Shown here one piece after another: positions 1 to 9,029 of a stretch of DNA of 32,000 bases (within the stretch, counting starts at the first letter, position 1; the number at the start of each line of letters is the position of its first letter). The stretch is from Methylorubrum extorquens (GTDB lineage: Bacteria > Pseudomonadota > Alphaproteobacteria > Rhizobiales > Beijerinckiaceae): the NCBI GenBank assembly GCA_900234795.1, contig LT962688.1, forward strand, positions 420,001 through 452,000, in the 5' to 3' direction. The translations under genes and the position numbers were made by a program. The notes beneath the pieces are model-generated. The model did not search any database and had not been told where the DNA came from. It was given only the letters and a program-made list of their open reading frames with translations.

Positions 1-1253
1 CCGTAGGATTGCTTCAGGCCCTTCTTTGAGGTGTCGCCCAGGAAGTTCATCCGCTCCAGCCGGGCGCCGTTGCCGAGATGGAAGCGGGCCACCGGATCGA
101 GCGGGCGGCCCTTCTCGTTCTTGGCGCGCAGGAAATAGGCCGCCGCCGCGGGCAGGATGGCGCGCCGCACCGCCTCGCACTTCGTCTTGTCGCTGCGCCA
201 ATCCTCGGTATCGAGCAGGCGCAGCGCCTCGACATCCTCCCGCGTCAGGCCCTGCGGCGCGTCGGCACCACGCTCCCGGTCGAGCCAGGTACGGAAGCCG
301 GGCACCGGCGAGAGGGTGACGAAAGTCTTCAGCGAGGGAATTTCACGAGCGAGATCCTCGACCACCTGCTTGATGAGGAAGTTGCCGAAGGTGACGCCGG
401 CCAAGCCCTTCTGGCAGTTCGAGATCGAGTAGAAGATCGCGGTCGTGGCGCTGCGCGCGGGCACCGGTTCGCGTCCATCGGCCAGGATCGGCTGGATCGC
501 CGGAGCAACGGCGTTGGTGAGCGCCACCTCGACGAAAATCAGCGGCTCGTCGAGCAGGGCCGGGTGGAAGAAGGCGAAGCAGCGCCGGTCCGTCGGCTGG
601 ATGCGGCGGCGCAATTCGTCCCAATCGGCGATCTCGTGGACTGCCTCGTAGCGGATGATCTTCTCGAGGATGTCGGCCGGAGTCGACCAGTCGATCGGGC
701 GCAAAACGAGGAAGCCCCGGTTGAACCAAGAGGCGAACAGGTGCTCGAAATCGCTGTCGAGGCTCACCGCCGCGTCGATCGTCTCCGGGGCGGCCTCCCG
801 GTCCTTCAGGCGCTTGCGCAGCGTGAACAGATCCTCGCGCATCCGCACCAGCGCCAGGGTGCCGCCGCGGGCGAGGTTGAGCCGCCGAATCAGCTCCTGC
901 GAGCGCGGCTCGGCCGCCACGTGCAACAGGCCGAGACGGGCCCGCGTCGGATCGGCACGGTAAGCGGCGATCGCAGCATCGACCGCGTCATGGTCGGCAC
1001 CGAATTCGGTGGCGACGAGTTCGAGGAAGGCAAGCCGGTCCTCAAGGGGAAAGGCGGCGTAGCGATCAAGGATTAAGCGCGCGAGCGCGACGCCCGAGGC
1101 TTCGCCGCGCCGGGAAATCAGGTCTTCGCAGAACCGGGCGAGGTCGGCCGCGCTCGCCGTCCGCGCCAGATCGGAGCGGGCCAAGCCGATAAGGTCCCGG
1201 CCCCGGTCGCTGATGGTCTGGATGAGATCGCCGAGGAACGAGATCGCCGCCAT
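1..1253 (-). CDS. malonyl-CoA decarboxylase, partial (C-terminus lies left of the window)
   Basis: Absent from the ORF track because it has no stop inside the window. Hand translation of the reverse strand from ATG 1253-1251 is open down to position 3: MAAISFLGDLIQTISDRGRDLIGLARSDL... It contains ...TTAIFYSISNCQKGLAGVTFGNFLIKQVVEDLAREIPSLKTFVTLSPVPGFRTWL..., the conserved core block of the malonyl-CoA decarboxylase (MCD/MatA) family. Track ORF 78..1076 (+) is its antisense shadow. Confidence 0.85.
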   Translation of the reverse strand, partial: MAAISFLGDLIQTISDRGRDLIGLARSDLARTASAADLARFCEDLISRRGEASGVALARLILDRYAAFPLEDRLAFLELVATEFGADHDAVDAAIAAYRADPTRARLGLLHVAAEPRSQELIRRLNLARGGTLALVRMREDLFTLRKRLKDREAAPETIDAAVSLDSDFEHLFASWFNRGFLVLRPIDWSTPADILEKIIRYEAVHEIADWDELRRRIQPTDRRCFAFFHPALLDEPLIFVEVALTNAVAPAIQPILADGREPVPARSATTAIFYSISNCQKGLAGVTFGNFLIKQVVEDLAREIPSLKTFVTLSPVPGFRTWLDRERGADAPQGLTREDVEALRLLDTEDWRSDKTKCEAVRRAILPAAAAYFLRAKNEKGRPLDPVARFHLGNGARLERMNFLGDTSKKGLKQSY

Positions 1254-1454
1254 GACCGAACAAGCCCTTGGATCCGCCGAGCCGACGCAGACAAGGCTCG
1301 GCCGTTACCGGAACCTAAAGCCTACGCCGCCTCGGCGCCAGATATGGGAAGTATGCGGGAGCCCTGCCGGGCGCCTCCGGCAACACGATCCCGCTGCGCG
1401 AATCACCGTGTCGCGGCAGGCGGTGATCGGCCGAGGCCGAGCCGTCGGCGGCTC

Positions 1455-1658
1455 TCAGAACTCGGCCTCCGCATGCGGCGCGAGATCCACCGTGTCGGCG
1501 CGTTCGCGCCAATCGTTCACGCCGCGGGAGCGGGCAAAGCGGATCTCTGCGGCCTTCAGCGCGCGCTCCGGATCGCGGGCGCGCGAAATCTCGACGAAGC
1601 CGACCGTGAAGGGCACCCCGAGGATCTGCTTCGCGAAGTGGACGCGGTAATTCGACAT
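1455..1658 (-). CDS. small hypothetical protein (67 aa)
   Basis: Internal ATG of track ORF 1455..1724 gives MSNYRVHFAKQILGVPFTVGFVEISRARDPERALKAAEIRFARSRGVNDWRERADTVDLAPHAEAEF. GAGGAG (ctcctc on + at 1665-1670) lies 6 nt upstream of this ATG. No family recognised. Confidence 0.6.
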   Translation of the reverse strand: MSNYRVHFAKQILGVPFTVGFVEISRARDPERALKAAEIRFARSRGVNDWRERADTVDLAPHAEAEF

Positions 1659-2064
1659 ACACGACTCCTCATCTTGAAGCGGCGGCCGGCCACTTGGAGA
1701 AAATGTGCGCCATCGCGCGCCCATCTGTAAATGGTTACCCGGCCAAGCTGCTGCGAAGGCTGTGCGTTTTTCTTACAATTGATCATATAGGCGCTCTTTT
1801 GAGGGATGCTACCACCGCGCGTCCGGGTGTCGCCGGTGCGACGTGCGCTCCCCATTCGCACTTGGCGAGGACACGGTCTTTGACCGCGCGTTTCGTCGGG
1901 CATTCGGAGCAAAATCGGACATTCTGCCGCGCGAAGGCTGCGCCTCACCGTGTCGCCGGGGCTGGCGGTCCGGCGGTGGCCTGCCGTATGGGGCGGTCCA
2001 TGCCGTTTTCCCCAACCCTCAATGCCCCTCCGTCCCAACCCTGCGAGATGCGGGCGGCGCAGCG

Positions 2065-3249
2065 ATGAGCCGTGATGCGGGGGGCGACCGCGCCCTTTCT
2101 CCGACGACGCGCATCGGGCTCACCCTGATCGCGGGCGGGGCCGTCGCCAACATCTACTACAATCAGCCTCTGCTCGCGGTCCTCGTCGCCGAGTTCGGCG
2201 AGCGGGCGGCCCTGCTCGTGCCCACGGCCAGCCTCGTCGGCTACGGCCTGGGCATCCTGTTCCTCGTGCCCCTGGGCGATGCCCTGCCGCGGCGCGATCT
2301 CATCGTGTGGCAGTTGCTGGGGCTCGCCGTCGCCCTGGTCGTCGCCGCGCTCAGCCCGAACCTTGCCGTGCTCGCGGCGGCGAGTCTCGTCATCGGCGTG
2401 CTCGCTTGCGCCGCGCAGCAGGCGGTGCCCTTCGCCGCCGAGCTTGCGCCCGATGCGAGCCGGGGGCGAATCGTCGGCGGCGTGATGACCGGCCTGCTTT
2501 CCGGCATCCTGCTCGCCCGCACCGCGAGTGGTTTCGTCGGCGCGCAGTTCGGCTGGCGCGCGGTGTTCTTTGCTGCGGCCGGCCTCGCCGTCGCCATGGC
2601 GGGGGTCGCATGGCGCACGCTGCCGCGCAGCGCACCGAAGCAGCGCCTGCGCTATCGCGCGCTGATGATCTCGCTGCTGCATCTCGTGCGCAGCCAGCCG
2701 ATCCTGCGCAACGCTAGCCTGTCGCAGGCCCTGCTGTTTGCCAGCTTCAACGCGTTCTGGGCGACGCTGGCCCTCCTCGTCGAAGCGCCGCCGTTCGACC
2801 TCACCGCGGCGGGCGCGGGCCTGTTCGGCGTCATCGGCGTGGCCGGCGCGCTGATCGCCCCCTATTCCGGCCGCTACAGCGACCGGCGCGGCGCCCGGCC
2901 GGTGGTGATCGTCGGCAGCGTCCTGGTCGCGGCGGCCTTCGCGGTGCTGGCACTGGCCGGTGAGGTGTCGCTCCTCGCTATCGCGGCAGGCGTGCTGCTC
3001 CTCGACATTGGCATCAACGGCGCGCTGATCGCCAACCAGACCCGCGCCTACGCCCTCGCGCCGGGCGCCCGCGGGCGCATCAACACCGTGCTGTTCACCG
3101 CGGTCTTCATCGGCGGGGCGGCCGGCGCCTTCCTCGGCTCGCGCGCCTTCCTCCTCGCGGGCTGGCCCGGCGTCTGCGCCGTCGGCGGCGCCTTTGCGCT
3201 TGCCGCGCTGGCCGTGTCCTGGCTCGGCGGTAGAACCCAGCCTACTTGA
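2065..3249 (+). CDS. MFS transporter
   Basis: Track ORF 1843..3249; likely start is ATG 2065 (MSRDAGGDRALSPTTRIGLTLIAGGAVANIYYNQPLL...). About 12 hydrophobic segments. The loop VPLGDALPRRDLIV resembles MFS motif A between TM2 and TM3. The upstream 74 codons of the ORF are Arg/Pro-rich and non-membrane. Confidence 0.8.
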   Translation: MSRDAGGDRALSPTTRIGLTLIAGGAVANIYYNQPLLAVLVAEFGERAALLVPTASLVGYGLGILFLVPLGDALPRRDLIVWQLLGLAVALVVAALSPNLAVLAAASLVIGVLACAAQQAVPFAAELAPDASRGRIVGGVMTGLLSGILLARTASGFVGAQFGWRAVFFAAAGLAVAMAGVAWRTLPRSAPKQRLRYRALMISLLHLVRSQPILRNASLSQALLFASFNAFWATLALLVEAPPFDLTAAGAGLFGVIGVAGALIAPYSGRYSDRRGARPVVIVGSVLVAAAFAVLALAGEVSLLAIAAGVLLLDIGINGALIANQTRAYALAPGARGRINTVLFTAVFIGGAAGAFLGSRAFLLAGWPGVCAVGGAFALAALAVSWLGGRTQPT

Positions 3250-4237
3250 GCACCCGCGAGAGGCGGCACCACGCCGCCTTGTCCGGAGGCAGGCCGAAGC
3301 GCAGCCGCGCCGGCGTCTCGACAAAGCGCCGCACGTAGATCCCGGCCTCACCGAGTGCCCGAAACAGGCCGGGACCGTCCGGGAAATCCGCCGTGCGGAA
3401 CAGGGCTGTCCCGCCGATGACGCGTCCGCCGGCCCGCTCGCTCATCCGGTCGAGGCGGCCCGCATCCTTCGCCCGAGCAGCGGCGGCCTCACGGCGCCAC
3501 GCGGCATCCGGCAGCGCCGCGCAGCCCGCGGCGATGGCGGGGCCCGAGACCGCCCAGGGTCCGAGGGCGGATTCGATACGTCGCGCCAGTGCCGGCTCAG
3601 CAAGCGCGAAGCCGAGTCGGAGGCCCGCGAGCCCGTAGGTCTTGCCGAACGAGCGCAGGATCACGAGGCCGGGCCCCGGCCGCGCCGCCTCCACGGGCTC
3701 AAGGTCGGCGAAGGCCTGATCGAGCACGACGAGGCCTCCCCCCGCGACGCGCGCCAGCGCCTCGGCCGAGAACACGCGCCCGTCGGGATTGTTGGGGCTG
3801 ACCGCCACCACGATTTCGGCGCCCTCCGCCTCGCGCGGATCGGTCACCATCCGCACCGTATGGCCGGAGCGGGTCCAGGCGGCGGCGTGCTCGGCATAGG
3901 TCGGGCCGACCACCGCGACGCGGGACGGCGGCAGGAGCCGCGGCAGGGTTTCGATCAGGATCTGCGTGCCTGGCGCGGCGACGACATGGTCCGGCCCCGG
4001 TGCGCCGTAGGCCTCCGCCGCCGCGGATTTGAGCCGGGCAAGGTCGGCGGGGGAGGGCAGGCGGTAAAGGGCACTGGCTATGAGGGGCGGCAGCGGATAG
4101 GGCACCGGGTTGATACCGGTCGAAAGGTCGATCCACGGCTCGGGCGCGCCCGGAAACAGCCGGCGGGCCGCGTCGAGATCGCCGCCATGCGCGATACCGT
4201 CGCGCGAATCGTCCGTCAGCACCTCGCGTCCGCCCAT
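3242..4237 (-). CDS. cobD: threonine-phosphate decarboxylase (CobD in Salmonella naming; CobC in P. denitrificans naming), PLP-dependent
   Basis: Track ORF 3242..4261, whose first codon is TTG; ATG at 4237 gives MGGREVLTDDSRDGIAHGGDLDAARRLFPGAPEPWIDLSTGINP... Also has VAVSPNNPDGRVF and SFGKTYGLAGLRLGF (PLP-lysine context), as in the aminotransferase class I/II-like cobalamin decarboxylases. The 3-prime end overlaps the convergent MFS gene by 8 nt. Confidence 0.85.
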   Translation of the reverse strand: MGGREVLTDDSRDGIAHGGDLDAARRLFPGAPEPWIDLSTGINPVPYPLPPLIASALYRLPSPADLARLKSAAAEAYGAPGPDHVVAAPGTQILIETLPRLLPPSRVAVVGPTYAEHAAAWTRSGHTVRMVTDPREAEGAEIVVAVSPNNPDGRVFSAEALARVAGGGLVVLDQAFADLEPVEAARPGPGLVILRSFGKTYGLAGLRLGFALAEPALARRIESALGPWAVSGPAIAAGCAALPDAAWRREAAAARAKDAGRLDRMSERAGGRVIGGTALFRTADFPDGPGLFRALGEAGIYVRRFVETPARLRFGLPPDKAAWCRLSRVLK

Positions 4238-4263
4238 CCCGCCCCGCACCGACCCTGCCAACG

Positions 4264-5265
4264 ATGTCCTGGATCGCCCTGACCCATCCGCCCGACACCC
4301 TCGGCATCCTGGCCCTCGCCCTGCTGATCGAGGCCATGGCGGGTTATCCGGACCGCCTCTACAGGGCGCTCGGCCATCCTGTCACCTGGATCGGCCGACT
4401 GCTCGCCGCGCTCGAACGCGGGCTCAACCGGGGCACGCCGCGAACGCGCCGGCTCGGTGGCATCCTGGCGCTCACCGGGCTGCTCGCCACGGTGGCCGCC
4501 ATCACCCTGGGGCTGACAGCGCTCGCCGCGCTCACCGGCCATGGGTTCGGCCTCGTCGTCCTCGCGATTCTCGCCGCGAGCCTGCCGGCGCAGCGCAGCC
4601 TGTTCGTCCATGTCCGGCGCGTCTCCGCCGCCCTGCGGACGGAAGGGCTGGCCGGGGGCCGCACCGCCGTCTCGATGATCGTCGGCCGAAACCCGGAAAG
4701 CCTCGACGAAGCGGCCGTGTGCCGGGCCGCGATCGAGAGCCTCGCCGAGAACTTTTCCGACGGCATCGTCGCGCCGGCCTTCTGGATCGGCGCGGGCGGG
4801 CTCACCGGCGGCGCGCTCTACAAGGCGATCAACACCGCCGACAGCATGATCGGCCACCGGACCCCCCGCTACGAGGCGTTCGGCTGGGCCTCGGCCCGTC
4901 TCGACGACCTCGTGAACCTGCCGGCCTCGCGGCTCACCGCCCTCCTGCTGATCGCGGCGGCGGCCCTGAGCCGGGATGTCTCCGCGGCGGGCGCGTGGCG
5001 GGCGATCCGCCGCGACGCCGGCCGCCACCGCTCGCCCAATGCCGGCTGGCCCGAGGCGGCCATGGCCGGCGCACTGGGCTTACGGCTCGCCGGCCCGCGC
5101 ATCTACGGCGACACCCGCGTCGAGGATGCCTGGATGGGCGACGGGCGGGCCGAGGCCAACCCCGACGACATCGTGCGCGCGCTGAAGCTCTACCGGACGG
5201 CCTGCGCGCTGCAATTCACGCTGGTCGCGGCCGGGACCGGCCTCTGGCTCACCTTCGGCCGCTAA
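4264..5265 (+). CDS. cbiB: adenosylcobinamide-phosphate synthase CbiB (CobD/CbiB membrane family)
   Basis: MSWIALTHPPDTLGILALALLIEAMAGYPDRLYRALGHPVTWIGRLL..., NFSDGIVAPAFW, YKAINTADSMIGH, SPNAGWPEAAMAGALGLRLAGPR: characteristic CbiB blocks. Multiple TM segments. Confidence 0.88.
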   Translation: MSWIALTHPPDTLGILALALLIEAMAGYPDRLYRALGHPVTWIGRLLAALERGLNRGTPRTRRLGGILALTGLLATVAAITLGLTALAALTGHGFGLVVLAILAASLPAQRSLFVHVRRVSAALRTEGLAGGRTAVSMIVGRNPESLDEAAVCRAAIESLAENFSDGIVAPAFWIGAGGLTGGALYKAINTADSMIGHRTPRYEAFGWASARLDDLVNLPASRLTALLLIAAAALSRDVSAAGAWRAIRRDAGRHRSPNAGWPEAAMAGALGLRLAGPRIYGDTRVEDAWMGDGRAEANPDDIVRALKLYRTACALQFTLVAAGTGLWLTFGR

Positions 5266-5278
5266 GGTTCTTGTCTTT

Positions 5279-5324
5279 GCATCATCTTTTTCCGAAAGCC
5301 GGCAACCGCCTTTCGGAATGATGC
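5279..5324. terminator. hairpin between convergent cbiB and cobQ (probable bidirectional terminator)
   Basis: gcatcatc-ttttTCCGAAAGccggcaaccgcCTTTCGGAa-tgatgc: an 8-bp inner stem plus a 7-bp outer stem (gcatcat/atgatgc), T-run on the + side. It occupies most of the 70-nt gap between the two stop codons. Confidence 0.6.
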
Positions 5325-5335
5325 TCTCGCGTCCC

Positions 5336-6793
5336 TCAGCGCAGGCGCAGCAGCCCGTCGCAGTCGAGATGCGCTTCGAGGTGGTCGGCAAAGCGGTCGA
5401 GCACCTCTTCGATGCCGGCCTCGTAGCGGGTGAGGCCCGGCGCGGCGCCGAGCCGGGCGAGCCAAGCCGCGCGTTGGCGATCGTCGGCGAACAGGCCGTG
5501 GACATAGGTGCCGGTCACGAGCCCGTCGCCGGAGACGGCGCCGTCGACCCGGCCGTCGGCGAAGCGCAGCAGCGGTCGGGCGGTGTCCGGCCCCGTCGTG
5601 TCGCCGATATGCATCTCGTAGCCGAAGAACGGCGCGCCATCGCCAAGCGTCGTGCCGGTGGCGGCGGCGAGGCGCTTCTCGCCCGTCATCACCGTCTCCA
5701 CGTCGAGGAGGCCGAGACCCGGCAGGTCACGCGGCGCGCCCTCGATCCCCTGCGGATCGGCGATGGAGTGCCCGAGCATCTGGTAGCCGCCGCACAGCCC
5801 GAGCACGCGACGGCCGCGGCGCAGATGCGCGCGGATATCGATGTCCCATCCTTCCGCGCGCAGACATTCGAGATCGTCGATCGTGGTCTTCGAACCCGGC
5901 AGGATAATGAGGTCGGCTTCCGCCGGGACGGGCTCGCCGGGCCCCACGAAGGTCACCGCGACGCCGGGCTCCTGCCGCAGCGGGTCGAGGTCGTCGAAAT
6001 TGGCGATGTGGGGAAAGCGCAGCACCGCGATCAGCGGCACGGCGCCGTCACGGCGCGCTTGCGGGGCATCGAGCGCCACCGCGTCCTCCGGCGGCAGCCG
6101 GCCGGCATCGGGAAAGAACGGCACGAGGCCGAACGGCGACCAGCCGGTGCGCGCGGCGATCAGGGCCATGCCATCGGCAAACAGCGTCGGGTCGCCGCGG
6201 AAGCGGTTGACGATGAAGCCGCGGATCATCGCCGCATCGTCGGGCTCCAGCACCGCCTGCGTGCCAACGAGGCTGGCGATGACACCGCCCCGGTCGATGT
6301 CGCCGACGAGCACCACCGGCGTGCCCGTCGCCCGGGCAAAACCCATATTGGCGATGTCGCCCTGCCGCAGGTTCACCTCGGCCGGCGATCCCGCGCCCTC
6401 CACGAGCACGATGTCCGCCTCGCCGCGCAGCCGCTCGAAGCTGTCGAGCACGGAGGCCATCAGGCGCGGCTTCCAGGCCTGGTACTCCCGCGCCCGCGCC
6501 GTGCCGATCATCCGCCCCTGCACCACCACCTGTGCGCCGACCTCGCTCTGCGGCTTCAGGAGCACCGGGTTCATGTGGACCGAGGGCGCGACCCGCGCGG
6601 CGCGAGCCTGGAGCGCCTGAGCCCGGCCGATCTCGCCGCCATCGGCGGTGACGGCAGCGTTGTTCGACATGTTCTGCGGCTTGAACGGACGCACCGTCAG
6701 GCCGCGCCGGGTGAAGGCACGGGCGAGGCCGGCCACCAGCAGCGACTTGCCGACATCGGATCCGGTCCCCTGGATCATCAGGGCGCGGGTCAT
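5336..6793 (-). CDS. cobQ: cobyric acid synthase
   Basis: Track ORF 5336..6838; likely start ATG 6793: [49 protein letters not shown]... (dethiobiotin-synthetase-like N domain). C-terminal glutamine amidotransferase part with [10 protein letters not shown] and YEMHIG. Confidence 0.9.
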   Translation of the reverse strand: MTRALMIQGTGSDVGKSLLVAGLARAFTRRGLTVRPFKPQNMSNNAAVTADGGEIGRAQALQARAARVAPSVHMNPVLLKPQSEVGAQVVVQGRMIGTARAREYQAWKPRLMASVLDSFERLRGEADIVLVEGAGSPAEVNLRQGDIANMGFARATGTPVVLVGDIDRGGVIASLVGTQAVLEPDDAAMIRGFIVNRFRGDPTLFADGMALIAARTGWSPFGLVPFFPDAGRLPPEDAVALDAPQARRDGAVPLIAVLRFPHIANFDDLDPLRQEPGVAVTFVGPGEPVPAEADLIILPGSKTTIDDLECLRAEGWDIDIRAHLRRGRRVLGLCGGYQMLGHSIADPQGIEGAPRDLPGLGLLDVETVMTGEKRLAAATGTTLGDGAPFFGYEMHIGDTTGPDTARPLLRFADGRVDGAVSGDGLVTGTYVHGLFADDRQRAAWLARLGAAPGLTRYEAGIEEVLDRFADHLEAHLDCDGLLRLR

Positions 6794-6863
6794 CGGCGGT
6801 TCTTTGGTCGAGGCGCGGGCATCACGCTGCCATGGCATCGGGGCCGGGCGGCGTCGAGCCGAT

Positions 6864-7709
6864 TTACGGCGTTCTGCGTTCGCTGCGCCGTGCCATCAGC
6901 CAGGAAAGCGCGCCCACGGCATCGGGGATGGCGAGCACATCCGGCATGGCAGGGCGGTCGACGATCACCACGGGAAGCCCGAGCCGACGTGCGGCCTGGA
7001 TCTTCGGATAGGTCGCCGCGCCGCCGGAATTCTTCGTCACCAGCACCTCGATTCGCGCCTCGCGCATGAAGCGGATCTCATCCGCGAGCGTGAAGGGGCC
7101 GCGGGCGCTGACGGTGACGAGGTTCGGCACCGGCAACGCGTCGCCGATCGGCTCGATCGTGCGCACGACATAAGCGTGCTGCGGCGCGCGGGCGAAGGCG
7201 GCCAGTTCCTGTCGGCCGATGGTGAGGAACACCGTTCTCGGTGCTGGTCCGAGTGCGTCGAGACAGGCCGGCACGTTCGCCGCCGCGATCCAGTCGTCGC
7301 CGGGCTCGCGCCCCCAGGCCGGGCGGCGCACCGCGAGGAGCGGCACCGCGACAGCCTTGCACGCTTCGGCCGCATTGGCCGAAATCCGCGCGGCGAACGG
7401 GTGGGTCGCATCGATCATTGCTTCGATGCTGTTCTCCGAAAGCCACCGCGCCAGCCCCTGCGCACCGCCGAACCCGCCGATGCGGGTCGGCACCGGTTCG
7501 GGCCGCGGCGCGGCGGTGCGGCCAGCCAGCGACAGCGTCACCGAGACATCCGGCTCGCGCGCCAGAAGGGCGACGAGCGCGCTGGCCTCGGTGGTCCCGC
7601 CGAGGACGAGGATCCGCAGGGGCGGTGCATCGGGATTCGGCGTGGGATGGAAGGCGGGAGAACCCTGGTCGGCGGCTCCGGACATTCGTACAACCTGTCT
7701 CGCCCGCAT
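6864..7709 (-). CDS. cobK: precorrin-6A / cobalt-precorrin-6A reductase
   Basis: ...[37 protein letters not shown]...[19 protein letters not shown]...[28 protein letters not shown]: CobK/CbiJ pattern. Two in-frame ATGs (7709 and 7685); start unresolved. Confidence 0.85.
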   Translation of the reverse strand: MRARQVVRMSGAADQGSPAFHPTPNPDAPPLRILVLGGTTEASALVALLAREPDVSVTLSLAGRTAAPRPEPVPTRIGGFGGAQGLARWLSENSIEAMIDATHPFAARISANAAEACKAVAVPLLAVRRPAWGREPGDDWIAAANVPACLDALGPAPRTVFLTIGRQELAAFARAPQHAYVVRTIEPIGDALPVPNLVTVSARGPFTLADEIRFMREARIEVLVTKNSGGAATYPKIQAARRLGLPVVIVDRPAMPDVLAIPDAVGALSWLMARRSERRTP

Positions 7710-7711
7710 CA

Positions 7712-7729
7712 GCCCGGCAAAGGCCGGGC
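7712..7729 (+). promoter_or_regulatory. GC hairpin immediately upstream of the dinB ribosome-binding site
   Basis: GCCCGGC-aaag-GCCGGGC (perfect 7-bp stem, 4-nt loop) followed by GAGGTTTTCGAC-GTG. The GAGG is the likely SD for the dinB GTG at 7742. Function unknown. Confidence 0.35.
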
Positions 7730-7741
7730 GAGGTTTTCGAC

Positions 7742-9019
7742 GTGAGACCCTTCTGCCGCGATTGCCTGACGATGCAAGCCGACGGCGCCCTGCGCTGCCG
7801 GGGATGCGGCTCGCCGCGCCTGCTCTCGCACCCGGCCCGCGACGCCTTGAGCATCGCCCATGTCGATTGCGACGCCTTCTACGCAGCGATCGAGAAGCGC
7901 GACGACCCGTCCTTGCGCGACAAGCCGCTCATCATCGGCGGGGGTAAGCGCGGTGTCGTCTCCACCGCCTGCTATCTCGCCCGGATCTCCGGCGTGCGCT
8001 CGGCGATGCCGATGTTCGAGGCGTTGAAGCGCTGCCCCGATGCCACGGTGCTGCGGCCGGATATGGAGAAATACGCCCGCGTCGGGCGCGAGGTGCGGGC
8101 GATGATGCTGGCGCTGACGCCGCTGGTCGAGCCGGTCTCCATCGACGAGGCGTTTCTCGACCTCTCCGGCACCGAGCGCCTGCACGGGACGAGCCCGGCG
8201 CTCACGCTCGCCCGCTTCGCCGCACGGGTCGAGGCGGAGGTCGGCATCACCGTGTCGGTGGGACTGTCCGACAACAAGTTCCTGGCCAAGATCGCCTCGG
8301 ATCTCGACAAGCCGCGCGGCTTCTCGATCATCGCGGGTGCGGACGCCGCGACCTTCCTCGCCGACAAGCCGGTCGGCATCCTGCCCGGTATCGGCGAGAG
8401 CGCGCGAAACCGCCTCGCTTCCCTCAACATCCACCGCGTCGGCGACATTGCGCGGGTCGATCCGACGCGTCTCCAGGCATCCCTCGGGCGGGATGCGCTG
8501 CGTCTCATCGATCTCGCCGCCGGCCGGGACCGGCGGCCGGTGCGCCCGACCCGGGAGGCCAAGAGCGTCTCGTCCGAGACGACCTTCTCAACCGATCTCA
8601 CCCGGTTCGAGGATCTGCGGCCGATCCTTTGGCAGCTCTGCGAAAAGGTGTCGGCACGGCTCAAGCGGGCGGAACTCGCCGCTGGCAGCGTCACGCTGAA
8701 GCTGAAGGATGCCCGATTCCGGCTGCGCACCCGCACCCGCGGCGGACTGAAACCCACCCAGCTCGCCGACCGGCTCTTCCGCGAGGGCGAGCCGATGCTG
8801 CGGGCGGCCTGCGACGGCACGGCCTTCCGGCTGATCGGCATCGGCGGCGGCGATCTCTGCGGCGCGATCCATGCCGACCGCGGCGATCTCGCCGATCAGG
8901 GTATCGAGCGCGTCGCCCGCCGCGAGGCGGCGCTTGACCGGCTGCGGGAAAAGTTCGGCAGCGCCGCGATTCAGCGCGGGCTCGTCTTCACCGGCGAGCC
9001 GGAGCGGCGGCGCACCTGA
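7742..9019 (+). CDS. dinB: DNA polymerase IV (Y-family) with N-terminal CxxC...CxxC extension
   Basis: Track ORF 7241..9019 is over-extended: its first 167 codons are antisense to cobK. GTG 7742 preceded by GAGG (7730-7733, 8-nt spacer) gives (M)RPFCRDCLTMQADGALRCRGCGSPRLLSHPARDALSIAHVDCDAFYAAIEKRDDPSLRDKPLIIGGGKRGVVSTACYLARISGVRSAMP..., with SIDEAFLDLSG and SVGLSDNKFLAKIASDLDKPRGF. Confidence 0.88.
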   Translation: MRPFCRDCLTMQADGALRCRGCGSPRLLSHPARDALSIAHVDCDAFYAAIEKRDDPSLRDKPLIIGGGKRGVVSTACYLARISGVRSAMPMFEALKRCPDATVLRPDMEKYARVGREVRAMMLALTPLVEPVSIDEAFLDLSGTERLHGTSPALTLARFAARVEAEVGITVSVGLSDNKFLAKIASDLDKPRGFSIIAGADAATFLADKPVGILPGIGESARNRLASLNIHRVGDIARVDPTRLQASLGRDALRLIDLAAGRDRRPVRPTREAKSVSSETTFSTDLTRFEDLRPILWQLCEKVSARLKRAELAAGSVTLKLKDARFRLRTRTRGGLKPTQLADRLFREGEPMLRAACDGTAFRLIGIGGGDLCGAIHADRGDLADQGIERVARREAALDRLREKFGSAAIQRGLVFTGEPERRRT

Positions 9020-9029
9020 CGCGCGGCGG

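Noticed and set aside
78-1076. 332-aa + strand ORF (plus overlapping ORFs 26..319, 157..432, 655..963)
   Set aside because: Arg/Glu/Gly-rich composition with no motifs. It lies exactly antisense to a reverse-strand frame that encodes a recognisable malonyl-CoA decarboxylase, so it is a typical high-GC shadow ORF.
1945-3351. 468-aa minus-strand ORF
   Set aside because: Antisense shadow of the MFS transporter gene. It is extremely Arg/Glu/Asp-rich and overlaps the cobD 3-prime end.
5318-7069. 583-aa + strand ORF (and 5841..6620, 6648..7745)
   Set aside because: Antisense to cobQ and cobK, which have strong family motifs. The composition is low-complexity Arg/Ala/Gly.
7241-7741. Upstream 167 codons of the 592-aa dinB ORF
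   Set aside because: Antisense to cobK, Arg/Pro-rich, and without homology-like content. GTG 7742 has a proper SD and gives a plausible DinB N-terminus.
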